From the human T2T-CHM13v2.0 reference genome, Homo sapiens: 64,000 nucleotides of DNA. How positions within the stretch are numbered: position 1 is the first letter of the stretch; each line of letters begins with the position of its first letter. This document shows, one piece after another, positions 27,760 through 39,713 of the stretch. The position numbers and the translations under genes were made by a program. The stretch lies in the NCBI RefSeq assembly GCF_009914755.1, contig NC_060940.1. One strand, 5' to 3'. The notes under the pieces were generated by a model. It made no database searches, was not told the DNA's origin, and saw only the letters and a program-made list of their open reading frames with translations.

Positions 27760-29104
27760 ATCTATAGTAATATCGGTCTTACGACTACGGGCGTTCCTGA
27801 AATCCCCAGAAGAATGTTAGATTCCCTGAAGGCAGGCCCTATAATCTCACTGAATTTGTGATCAGTGGAACTCTGCCCAGTGCCTCGCATGGGGTAGGGA
27901 CTCAGCCATTGATCGTGGAATTGACCCAACCTCAGTTCAGATCACTATCTTGCTTGCTGTGCTGCCACCCAGGGTAAAAGACCTGACATCTGAATAAAAG
28001 AATCCCAAAGAGGAACCCCCAAAAAGGAAACCAGGAGGCCCACTCCAAATGTAGAAATAAATAGCTGAAAGTGTTCAGTACAGAGTACCCATTCCTGCAC
28101 AAACCCCAAAACTACAAAATCAGTAGCTGAGAAAATGCCAATTATCCAGGCCCATCTGAAATATTATTAATCTGCATCATGAACAGCCACTAATCAACAT
28201 AACAGATTGTGAAATCACTATTTATTTACTTGCCAGGAGGAAGCATTCCCCGTCACATGTAATCAGATAGGAACAGCTCAATTTAGGGAGAGAATAGAAC
28301 AAACGTAGTTTTAAAAATATATATAAAATAATAAGGATCCAGAAGAAAGCTCAGAGGAGGTTGCTGGCACCTGTATCGATTCCAAGATCAAATCGGCCCA
28401 AGTACCTTAATAAAGCCTGTCATTACACACTCAGATACTATAGACAAAATTATGCTTCGGATCAAAAGAGGATCATTTGCAGGAGTCGGGAAAGAATTTT
28501 CCCTTCTCTCTTTACTATTGTGCAGCTGGCAAGGTGCATCTCTGAGTTATTCATTCAATCACTCATTCATTCATTTTCTCTCTGTCTTTTGGAAGTAAAG
28601 ATTAAGTAGGCCTGGTGCTTGAATGAATGCATGAGAAAGTGGAACCTTATTAAGGACATTCATTTTTTATGGTGCTCATTTTACGTCTTTTAGTAGTCTC
28701 CTGATTGCCTAGCATGTCCACTAGTGCTGTGAAGACACACTCCCAATGAATCAGAAACACTCTGAGTAAGATTTAATTGAACTGCTCTCAACAAAGGCTG
28801 CCCTAAACTGGTTGGAAGGATTAGAGAGGCACATATAGAGTGGCTAGCATAAGGCAGCACATAGAGTAGGGACTTTGCAAGTGGTGGCTCCTGTTTATTA
28901 TTTCCGTAGTGCCCTTAGCACACAAAATGCACGAAACATACGCACCAAACATCATTCGCACGATCCCATTAAATGCTTGTATGTTGCTTCTCCCTCAGCT
29001 CAAAATTCCCAGGAGCCACATGCTGCCTTGCAACAGAGGACCCAAAGAGAAACTGCTACCAGTTTTCCTCATCTTATATATCACTAAACCATTAAACAAA
29101 CAAA

Positions 29105-29305
29105 CAACTTACATAGAGCTTACAACATGCCAAGCACTGTTCGGAGCTTCCCATAGTCAAATAATCCTCGTAGCAATCCTACAGAAATAGGTACTATTTT
29201 TAATCTTCATCTCATCTGAGGAAAATGAGGCACAGAAAGGTCAAGGTACCTTGAGTGGGGTCACACAGCTAATGAGTGGCAGAGCCAGGATTAGAAATCA
29301 AGCAC
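29105..29305 (-). mobile_element. MIR
   Basis: TGAGGAAAATGAGGCACAGAAAGGTCAAG...GGTCACACAGCTAATGAGTGGCAGAGCCAGGATT. Confidence 0.8.
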
Positions 29306-29799
29306 CCAAATCGTGACAACAAAGGACAGATGGCTCAGAAGGTCACCCAGTCTTCAAACTGTGTTTGTGAAATCCTTTTCCCCAGCTCACCTGGCGATCT
29401 GTTTAATTGCCGTGTGAACCATTTGTTTAGCTCTCATTCAACGTTGAGGCAAAACTGGGATCTTGGTCCAGGCAAAGCCCCACAGGAGGATACGTCCCCC
29501 ACTACATTCAGGGCCTTCCTTTGAGCACAGATGTCCATCCTCCACTCCTCGGTCCTACCTTACACATCGCCTAGGGTGTTTGACCCTCATTGTTTTCTGG
29601 AGTTTAGGCTTCTGGACACCACACAGGCCAGTCTGAAGGGGAATGCTAAGCACAGTGGACAGTAGAATCCACCTGGTGTGCTGCCCATTCATTCGGCTGC
29701 AGTATGGCCCTCTCTGTGTCTCCCAGGAAACACTGAACAGTGGTACATCACCCGCCCTGCGTATCTCTCCCGATATCTGGGAACTATTGTACTACCTCT

Positions 29800-29960
29800 C
29801 TAATTTCTCTTTTCTAGGCTGAATGACCCATTTCTTCAGCCTCCTCTCAAAGGCAATATTTCTCAGCCCTTCAGTCATTTTCATTGCTCTCTTCTGGCCT
29901 CTCTCCAAGATTCTGTATCTTGTTTAAATAGTGAAGTCCAACACCGAACATGATTTAAGA
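29800..29960 (-). mobile_element. CR1/L3 LINE 3' ORF2 fragment
   Basis: TTTTCTAGGCTGAAT...CATTTTCATTGCTCTCTTCTGGCCTCTCTCCAA matches the reverse complement of the L3/CR1 ORF2 C-terminal region. Confidence 0.65.
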
Positions 29961-30518
29961 ACAGTCATGCCTGGAAAAGTAACAAAGGCCCAACGAATAC
30001 GGACTCCAGAAAGTAAACATTTTCTCAAAAACAAAAGTATTGTAATATTAATAATGGTAGTAAGAATTAGGTTGACCAAATAAAATCATTTTTGTTGCCC
30101 GTCACATCATTTCCTCTTATTATTTTCTAGAAGGCTTAACTGTCCCCTAAGTCTTCTCTGAAATGACTTTGCTCCTCCTCAAAAACCCTAAGCTTTTTTA
30201 GTCTCAGCTCTTCTTCCCCTCAACATAGAAAGCTTATCATCTTGAGAAATGGCCGTTCTCCTTCTCTCAACACCAGTTTTTCCAGAAATAGCACTTCCTG
30301 TCTTGGCTTCTTCAATGTCTTCTGCTTTGGGTAAGATGTCCCCCTGCCTGGCTGCACTGCTTGTCTCCCCTTTGGGTGGATTTCAGCACATGAGTGCTCA
30401 CCCTGGGGGAGGGGGAGGACAGGAAGAATATGCAGGGCAGGCACCACCTGTGCAGGGCCCTGCCCAGGCCCCCAAATGCAGGACAAAGACCACCCTTCAC
30501 TGCTGACTCCCTTAGTAA

Positions 30519-30801
30519 TTTTTTATTTTTATTTTATTTTTATTTTTTGGTCACCCAGGCTGGAGTGTTATGGCATGATCTTAGCTCACTGCAGCTTCGA
30601 CCTCCCTGGCTCAAGCATTCCTCCCACCTCAGTCCCCCAAGCAGCTGGTACTACCAGCGTGCACCACAATGCCTAATTTTTTGTAGAGACAGTGTCTCAC
30701 CACGTTGCCCAGGCTGGTCTCGAACTCCTGAGCTTAAGCAATCTGCCGACCTCAGCCTCCCAAAGTGCTGGGATTACAGGCGTGAGCCATTACTCTCAGC
30801 T
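30519..30801 (-). mobile_element. AluJ
   Basis: Reverse Alu with a small 3' deletion, in tandem with the next Alu. Confidence 0.9.
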
Positions 30802-30808
30802 GGGAATC

Positions 30809-31119
30809 TTTTTTTTTTTTCCCCGAGATAGAGTCTCACTCTGTCGCGCAGGCTGGAGTGCAGTGGCTGGCATGATTAGGGCTCACTGCAGCCTCAACCT
30901 CCAGTTGAGGGTTCAAGTGGTTCTCCCACCTCAGCCCCCCGAGTAACTGGGACTACAGGTGTGTGCCACCACACCCAGCATTTTTTTTTTTTTTTTGAAT
31001 TTTAGTAGAGACAGGGACTCGCTATGTTGCCCAGGCAGGTCTTGAATTCCTGGGCTCAAGTGATCCTCCCACCTCAGCCTCCCAAAGTATTGAGATTACA
31101 TGAGCCACTGTGCCTGACC
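30809..31119 (-). mobile_element. AluJ
   Basis: Reverse dimeric Alu about 470 nt downstream of the 81-nt exon. Confidence 0.9.
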
Positions 31120-31589
31120 CTTAGAGAATCTTGAGGCTAAGAATCAGGGGTGACCCTGATCAAGTTCCACATGACAAATCTCTCCACTGGCCTTGGGAGC
31201 AGGTGGGACCAGCGACTGGACCTTCAATAGAGGAAGAATGACATCAAGGGCATTTTGGTGAAGAGCCACCAAAGAGATGTGACCAACACCCAGATGCCCT
31301 TGCACACAGCTTGGCACTTACCTGGATACTCAATAAGCAAGCTGGCTTTGGTGCCACTTAAAAAGCTTAACCATTAAAAACTACAGTATAATGTAGTATA
31401 ATAAAGAAGAATAAAGGTGACTGCTCAAAGAAGCAAACGAAATCTCCCTCCCACTCATCCTTTTTCTGGGCAGACTAAGGATGTATCCGCTCCCTGACTT
31501 GTTAGCTCCATTCTTCCAGGGAAGGAAAGATGAGAAGGCTCAAGGACAGCCACACACACTACCTGTCCACTTGCCCTGGTCTTTCTCAC

Positions 31590-31670
31590 CTCCGCCCTCT
31601 TGGTCCTTAGCAAGCTCCTCTGGATCAGCAGCTGTTTCACTGGGTCCTTCAACATCTTCAATGGCTTCTT
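31590..31670 (-). CDS. ZFHX3: ZFHX3 coding exon, 81 nt (exon 5 by recalled numbering)
   Basis: ttcttctgtttcag|AAGAAG...GGCGGAG|gtgaga. Encodes (E)[26 protein letters not shown], phase 1-1, and joins in frame to the exon starting at 13849. Confidence 0.95.
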
Positions 31671-32827
31671 CTGAAACAGAAGAAAAACATGTCAAGGGTT
31701 AAAAATAAAAAGAAGATGAAGGACTTTTGGCCTCTGTTGCAAACAACTGCCAACGACAGAACAGACACCAATGACTCGTCCCCCTTCTCTTTCCAGAGGC
31801 CCCTGGGAGACTGACGGTGCTAAGGATATACTGAGGTCTGGGTAAGCAGTGGGGACTTTCCTTCTGGGTAAACAGTTGGTATGAGGTTGTGACTCGCTCC
31901 AGATGTGTGGCCATTAGGTATTTCCAGATAGATTCTGAATGCTTCGCTTGAGTAGTTCTAACTGAAAAACCAATCCTGGTTGAAGCAGTAACTCCACCTG
32001 AATCCCTGAAGTTGCATGCAAGTCTTTTACACTTGAAAATGCAAAACATGGCCACCTGTTCACTTCATGCCTAGCTCCATTCCCAAAGCCTCCTGGTACT
32101 GGCCTAGACCAGCCCCAGTCACTGACCCCTCACAGGGCTCACAGTGCCTATGCATGTGCCAGAGTGTGTGGGAATTGTTGGAAGTCATGCAGGTTGCGAA
32201 GAGTCACAGAATATCAGTGATATGAGTTCATCAGTTTGAAGAGTTCCAGAAACCAAATGGTATCTTGTGAACATGCCAGGAGGCAGTGGTGGGAAGTGAG
32301 ATTTGTAGAGTAAGGGATAAAAATTTGTAACAGAGTCGTACACTTTCTTTTTGAAGCAATTCCATCCTTCACTCACTACGGGTTTAAAACTAATGCAGGA
32401 AACCTCTCTCCAGTTCAGTACACAGTGCTACAGTGAAGGCAGAATGACGGCTGCCAACGCTAGGCTGCTTATGAAGTCAAATGTCGTTCAGCCAAGTGGG
32501 GAAGAAGAGAATAAGATACTCTAGATGCTGAGGGAAAGAAGGGGAGACACTTCTCTCTTGCTTTCCTGGCCCTCCGAAACATTATCCAAAACATGCATTC
32601 AGTAAGAGTGGGCTAAGGGAATGAATAAAGTGGACAAACCAAGGTGAAATAATTTTAATAAAGATGAAATTATTAGGAGGCTGTGAAGAGCACATTTTCT
32701 CAGGTACACAGGCGTGAGGGCAAGGATGCCCACATCTGTCAGCAGACCAGACCCCAGCAAGGAAGTACTGGGTCTGGCTTAGAACACTGGATCAGGCCTC
32801 TATCCAGCACCGCCAGAGGTCTGTCCA

Positions 32828-32957
32828 ACCCCAATTCAACTTTTCAGTATTTTAAAGTATCATGCCTTCTGACCCTCTAGAAAACAGCCTCTACCCCAAT
32901 GCTACTTTTCCATTTTTCTAAATGTCATGCCTTCTGACTGTCTAGAAAACAGCCTCT
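32828..32957. repeat. Tandem duplication, 65-bp unit x2
   Basis: ACCCCAAT...ACTTTTC...TCATGCCTTCTGAC..TCTAGAAAACAGCCTCT repeated at 32828 and 32893. Confidence 0.9.
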
Positions 32958-33653
32958 AAATGTATCTCACGAAGGAAGTAACAGGAGTACAAAGTAAATT
33001 GGTCTCAAAGGGTTTCTAAAACACTGAGGAAGAAGATGTCTATTTAGAATCAGATTGTCTTGACTCAAGAGATGATGGAGGTCCAAGGTCTGGAAAACTG
33101 AACTAGTGTCACGGAACGTTCTTTCTTCCTTACCACCAAGAGGGAGTTTATGAGGCAGTCACTGGGAATACAGGTGAAATACGGTACTGTTTATTTTCAT
33201 CTCCAACTCAGGATTCCACATATAATTTCTCTGTCTCCTTCTTTGTCTCACTGCACAATAAAGTCAACATCAAGTTTCCCTACCCTACCCTTAGTTCAAA
33301 CAGAGAAAAATCAGGCAACCACAGCTTGAAGTCAATCAGATATAGAGCCCCACATTGACACCATACATCATTTAGTAGAGTAAACATGTATAGGTGTCAG
33401 TAGAGTAATAACAAATTACACAGCGTGACACAGGAACTATCTTCATTATGTCCAGGTGGGACGTTCTGTGCACATTTTTAGGATTTCAATAAAATTGTTC
33501 AACACTATAATGATAAAATTCATCTTTGAATGGTGATACCAGCGTGCGGTCAATGAATATTATTGCATTCGGTCTACCCAGATGAGCTAGGTCCCTTAAA
33601 GGACCCTTATTTGTCCCAATACATGCTGTGATACAAAATATCTGTAGTGTTGA

Positions 33654-33784
33654 TACATTTATGCCTATTGTTCCATTATTGGAACACTAAGCTTGTAGGA
33701 GTTATTTATATCCTACTGCCCAAGGTCATCGCCAAGGTCTGATTTTTCACACACAAAAAATTTGCAATCTCCAGCATAAATGGG
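33654..33784 (+). mobile_element. MER85 (piggyBac PGBD3-family MITE)
   Basis: CATTTATGCC ... GCATAAATGGG TIRs, internal GTTCCATTATTGGAAC palindrome, CAAGGTCATCGCCAAGGTCTGATT core; flanks TTGA and ATAA look like decayed TTAA. Confidence 0.9.
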
Positions 33785-35774
33785 ATAATCAAATTTGATT
33801 AGGCAAAGAGATGGCTCAATGGCCTCTCATCTCTAGTGGATACATATGACCACCTTAGATGAAGACAGTCTGATACCTACAAACTACAGAACACCCTGAG
33901 ATGGTGATGTGCAGTGTCTGAAGGTGCTGCTCAGCAGACATGGGAAGGGATTTACCCACTGGGGGGCCATCTCCAAGCCAGCACATTATACAGCCTGCAG
34001 CTATCACAGCAGAGCACTAAAAACTCACAGTCACCCAACACTGACCCCAATTCTTTGAGCCTTACCAAACAAATCTGTTGAGAAACTAGAGACTGTAATG
34101 TATAAGCAGATCATTGATGCATCAAGCATGGAAACTGCATGTTGCTTTGTGAATATTCCTGGAGCTCTCATTCTGTGAGCCCACTTGGGCTTTTGCTTTC
34201 TTCCCTCCCTGCCCTACTGCAAGCAGAAAATGAAGGCAGCTGAGTTCCGATGAGAGGATCAACGAAAGAGGTTATTTCAAGAACTTATTTTGCTTATCTC
34301 TTTTTTTAAAAAGATTTACAAATCAAGTCCTCTTCTTGAGTTCCTAGGTTTAATATTATCATTTGTGATTCATTCACTAAAAGGCTGTTCTATGCGTGGT
34401 AGAAGAAGAAATGATTACGAAAATCCTGGATAAGCCAGCTCCCTTTCAAGGGGATCAGTGTCCTCAGTCCCCCACCCCCACCTAAAAAGCAGGTCCCATT
34501 CAGCCCAGCCAGCTCATCCCTGCAGTTCCATCCAGGACCTACAGGTGTCGCCCTCCGCATGGCGAGGCCCGGAAGGGCAGCTGGCTGCAGGAGGCAGAGG
34601 AGTCTGGACCGCCTAACCTGAGCATGTGGAAATAATATATGTCTTCAAGTGAACTGTCTGGTCCTGGAGAAATAAAATAGGACATTCATAAGCAGTTACA
34701 CCATCTGTCTTTATACCATCATCATCAACAGCAAGAGGAAAAATAGCTCTTTAAAATGGATGAAAGCCCAGGCTGACAGTAACCGGAAAACTGTGAGCTC
34801 TGAATACCAATAAAGGTAGAGAAATGATTAAAAAACAGAGATGCAAACTGAAAATTTGTCTGGACAGCTCAGGCCCACGATGCTTTGCAGGCAGGGTGTG
34901 TTTTATTGGTTCCGAAAGCATAAAGCAAGCTGCTTACCAAGAGCCAGGCCTGGGGAAGGGCTTGGTCTCCCGGCCCTGGAAACACGTGGGAACCAGGGGC
35001 AAAATAGCATCCCGCTTTGAAACAGAGATCTGCGTCCACACGCTAAGCTCCTAGGGCTGTTATCTAGCCCTTGTTCTCTTTAGGAATGTAGATTTGATAC
35101 ACACGTGCTGGAGAATGGAGGGGAGGTTTTTTGCTTTTCCCCCCACAGATCATGGATTGCATTCCCCCCTCTTCTGCGAAGTCACTGGTAACTGGCTGGG
35201 TCATTATTACAGAGGCTGCAGATTTTTTTCCCCTATAATATTAGCTACTGACAGATGGTGGGAACAAGTGAAGACCTGATGGACTGATGATCGGTTTTAT
35301 CTGGAAAATCCTGTCTTTCCTACAGAAAAAGAGACCAAGACACATAACAGCCACTGTGCCATTTTTAAGGCTGAAACAGACAAATCAAAACCATCTTCTC
35401 CTTCAAGCATTTAATGGTATTTCCAATCCCAACCAGAGCACACCAGGAATGCTTTCCCAAGGGCGTGGCCAGGACCTGGGAGAGAAGGTCATCCCCACTC
35501 CCCTAGTCCCGCCCTGGTTCTGGGCAGGAGGTAGCAGGCCCAATGCCTCCCAGACAGCTCTGTGTTTTAGAAGACACCAGAGAAGGTGTCTCTAAAACCC
35601 ATACGGAAGCCCACAGTAGCCTCAAACTGGAGCACCCCCTCCTGTGTGTGTTTTCATGTTAAAGAGTTAGGGAAATAAAAGCAAATACTGGAAAACTGCA
35701 GTGTCTTCCTAGGGTCCCTTCTGCCTTTCATTTCCATGTTCAACAGTGACTGAAGGCCTTTAAAAAACCTCTTT

Positions 35775-36074
35775 GGCTGGGCATGGTGGCTCATGTCTGT
35801 AAATCCCAGCACTTTGAGAGGCCGAGGTAGGTGGATTGCTTGAACTCAGGAGTTTGAGACCAACCTGGGCAAGAGAGTGAGACTCCATCTCTACAAAAAA
35901 TGCAAAAATTAGCTGGGTGTGATGGCACATGCTTGTAGTCGTAGCTAACTTGGGAGGCTGAGGTGGGAGGATTACTTGAGCCCAGGCAGTTGAGGCTGCA
36001 GTGAGCCATGACTGCATCACTGCACTCTAGCCTGGGCAACAGAGTGAGACCCTGTCTCAAAAACAAAACAAAAC
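35775..36074 (+). mobile_element. AluJ with (CAAAA)n tail
   Basis: Dimeric Alu; AAAA(C)CTCTTT TSD. Confidence 0.92.
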
Positions 36075-36285
36075 AAAACTCTTTCCATCACCACCTCCTT
36101 TTTACAACTGCTTCTCCCAGATAGCACTTACTTACTAGTGCCTGGCAAAATCCAGCCTGCTCATCACTCAGGCTTCCTGACTAAGTGCAGAGCCCTGAAG
36201 TGCAAGAATTCCAGCAGATAAATACCTTCTAAAGGGGAAAGCTTCCTAGGACAGCTTCAGTTAAGGGGATGATACCCCAGTCCCA

Positions 36286-38390
36286 GAAAATTTCCCTTCA
36301 ATCAAAGTGGTTTTGCTGACCACAAATGCAAATTGATCTCTTAATATACCTTATACTTAGCATCTTGGTAAAGGTGACTGCACAATTCCCCCATCGGTGG
36401 TGAAATCTGCTCCTGAAGGAGGAGAGCATGCCAACTGGCAGCCCCATGGGAATTTGCACCAATCTTATGAACAACCTGGAAATTGGTTCGCGAAAGCAGC
36501 ACCAGGCAGAAGCCAAAAATAGAGGTGGCATCACCACAAAGCCAGCATTCAACCCCGCAACCTCACTGTATGCACTCCCCAAACGCATCACCCAAGAAAA
36601 TGTTCTAGCTGTTTAAAAAAGAAAAAAAAAAAGGTACTATTTTCCCAAATAATGGGGGCCAAGTGACGTGTCCACGGCGGGTATTCTACGAATCACTTAT
36701 AAGCTTGAAGGAAGGGGAGTCAATCAATGATTAAGACTAGTCCCTCTGTTCCTAACTCTTAACAGGATAATGCAGATTAATTCAAACCTTCCCCAAACCT
36801 GACAAAGCCCCCATAGTGCCTCAGTGTGACAGAAATTTGGAAATTCTCCTAAGAATCAGGGTATCTGTACCCGAGGCTCTCACATGATCATGTTACTTAA
36901 ATAATACACCAATCTGTGATCCCCGAAGAATGAAATTGTTCTTTCCTTTTTCTTTGGAGGGTGGGATGTTTGAGGGTGGGGGTGAAATAAAGTGCGTTTG
37001 CCTGTCGGCAGGCTCAAGAGCTGAGAAACATTAGCTGTCATGAACCACAATCAAATCAGGTTTGAAATATTTAGCAGTGGCTTGGAAAATGCGGCGGTGC
37101 AGCTCTGACAGGCGAGATGTGCACAGACACCCACTTTCCATTATAATGGAAATATCAGGCCTGTTCTGAATATGTATAACCCAGAAAAATGTATTGATTT
37201 TTCATTCGGCATTAAAAAAAATGAAATAGCCTGCAGCTGTCAAAAGCCTTTTGTTAAAAGCTCATCTTTCCTGGAATGAGGTTTACCAGAAACAAGTTTT
37301 AATTGTATATAGGACCTCTTCTTTGAAAAACAAAATAACCTATCTGCTTACTTTGAAGATAGAGTTAAAGCTTTTCCTTTCTCCATTTTCAACCTAATTA
37401 ACCCAAGGACGACCACTGAAGCAGGTGGGAAAGGCGGGGTACACTCTGACCATCAAGACTGACACGGAGGATGGCAGCTACAAGTGGCGTTTGCTGGTGT
37501 CTCTGTGGTGGGTGGAAGGAAGGACTCGGGGATGTGCCTCGCTCTCGTTCCTCTAACTCCTGTGTAGGTGCGGCATCCTGAGACTCATTGTATACCCTGA
37601 CCAATCACTTGTCTTCTTTAAGCCTTGGCTGGCACAACTGGAAAACGAGGGCAGAACACTCTAGCGTGTCCAATCCTCTTGGCATTTTGTTATCAATGGG
37701 AAACCTCTACTGGCTGCAAATATTCTACAGAATATGCAGGCTTTATTTTGCAAATACAGGTCAAATCAAATCCCACAATATAAAAGATGACTACTAAGGC
37801 CTAGACCACTTATTTCAAATAAAATCCAGTGCGTTATAATTCTGCTACAATAGAAACTTTTAACGGAACACAATCTGCAATGCTGGTGGACGGGCAGTTG
37901 TGTTGCTCCCAGCTTGTTACTTCTACTCCCGTCTTCTCTCTCTAAGCCAGGAAGGAAGAGGCTAGTGGTGGTAATCTTTGTGGCTACACCGATGGAGGTG
38001 GGCCACTCCCTATGCCATTCTCCCTCTGTGACTTTCGAGCAAGTGGAGTCTCATCGAATAGTGACCACAAGTCCTGCCAGTGACTCTCCATGAGCCCCAA
38101 GCTATATCCTACCTGTACCGTGACAGCCAGACCCAGAATGTAGCAACCTACTCTGCAACATCCCAGACACATCTCAAATATTTACTCCCTGGTTTTATTC
38201 CATGGTGTTCTTCCAGCCCTGACAACCTGGCTAGATGCCCGAGAGGTAACTTCCAAGCGATTAGGTCTTCTGGGTAACAATGCCCTGCCTCGGGAATTTT
38301 CCCTTAAATCAAGGTGGTTTTTGCTTACCACAAATACAAATTGTTCTCATCACACATCGTACACTCAGCATCTTAGTAAAGGTGACTGCA
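36286..38390. repeat. Diverged direct duplication, ~98-bp core x2 (36286-36382 and 38293-38390)
   Basis: TTTCCCTT.AATCAA.GTGG...ACCACAAAT.CAAATTG...AGCATCTT.GTAAAGGTGACTGCA in both copies; about 83% identity by hand alignment. Confidence 0.85.
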
Positions 38391-39285
38391 TGTTCTCATG
38401 TATGTACACGGAAAAGGGAATTTGCCAATCTCCATGGAAGTCCTCTGTGGATAATCATCTAAATTAAAAAAAAAACACCAACCAACTTTGCCCATTCCAT
38501 CTTCTACTTCTCAGCAGAGTATATACATTTACTGAGGAAAACGCCAGATCACAAGAGGAAGGGCCTGGGATCCAAACCAGCACTGATGAGTGGGACATAT
38601 TGAGCTAACTAACCCTATGGTAGTCCAGGCAGGAAACCTCGAAGGGGTGAAGACTGAGTGCAGATGTGTGTGGGAGGGTGGGGGCAGGAGAAAGCAGGCA
38701 GGGGCTCTACAGCTGGAGCATCTATTTACTCATCAGAAGTGTAATATTTTCCCACCTTCTCAGGATGTCATTTCTTTTCCAATGGGCAAACTCCAGCGCA
38801 TGAATAAAGCTCGAGACATTCATGCCCATTTGCTCTCTGCGTGTATGATAAGCAAATGGGCCTCCCGCACTCCTGCGGGCCTCTAGAAGCTGCCTCTTCA
38901 GTAGGACCGAAGTGCACCAAGTCAATGGGACAGAGTGTGGGAAAAACAGAGGCAGGTCTCCCTCCAGGGGCGCCATTGCCTTCATCCTTTTCCATTTTCT
39001 CACCCACTTAATCTCTCTGCCATGTGAAAGACCTCTCTCCACCTGCTGGACTAAACAGTCAGAGGTCAGCCTAATGCTCCTACAGGTAATTTTCCCACCC
39101 TGGTGGCTTACCAAAACAAAGTGGCCAAACTGCTAACAAACTGCTAGCTTGTTTTAAACAAAACTGCCTTCTCAAAGATGACAACGACACAAACAGATTT
39201 CAGCCCTCTAAAAGTGGAGAAGATGGGGTCAGAAAGAAACTGGGGTCATGGAAAACTCAGACATGCGCCCTGGCTCCAATGATGA

Positions 39286-39713
39286 TTTTTTTTTTTTTTT
39301 TTTTTTTGAGACGGGGTCTTTCTTCGTCACCCAGGCTGGAGTGCAGTGGTGCAATCATCACTTACTGTAGCCTCAAACTCCTGGGCTCAAGCGATCCTCC
39401 TGAGTAGCTTGGACTACAGGCACATGCCACCACGCCTAGATAATTTTTGTATTTTTAGTAGGGATGGGGTCTCACTATGTTGCCCAGGCTGGTCTTGAAC
39501 TCCTGGCCTCAAGTGATCCTCCTTCCTTGACCTCCTGAGTAGCAGAACTACAGGTGCACTCCACCATCCCCAAATAATTAAAAAAAAAAATTCTAGAGAT
39601 AGGGGTCTCGCTGTGTTGCCCAGGCTGGTCTCAAACTCCCCAGCTCAAGTGATCCTCTTGCCTTGGCCTCTCAAAGTGTTGGGATTACAGATGTGATCCA
39701 CTATGCCTGGACC
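39286..39713 (-). mobile_element. Trimeric AluJ (left arm - hybrid arm - right arm)
   Basis: Three monomer units separated by two A/T-rich linkers, with one terminal poly(A). Confidence 0.85.

Noticed and set aside
34538-34552. CCTACAGGTGTCGC as a CTCF site
   Set aside because: Several mismatches to the core consensus; cannot be supported without ChIP data.
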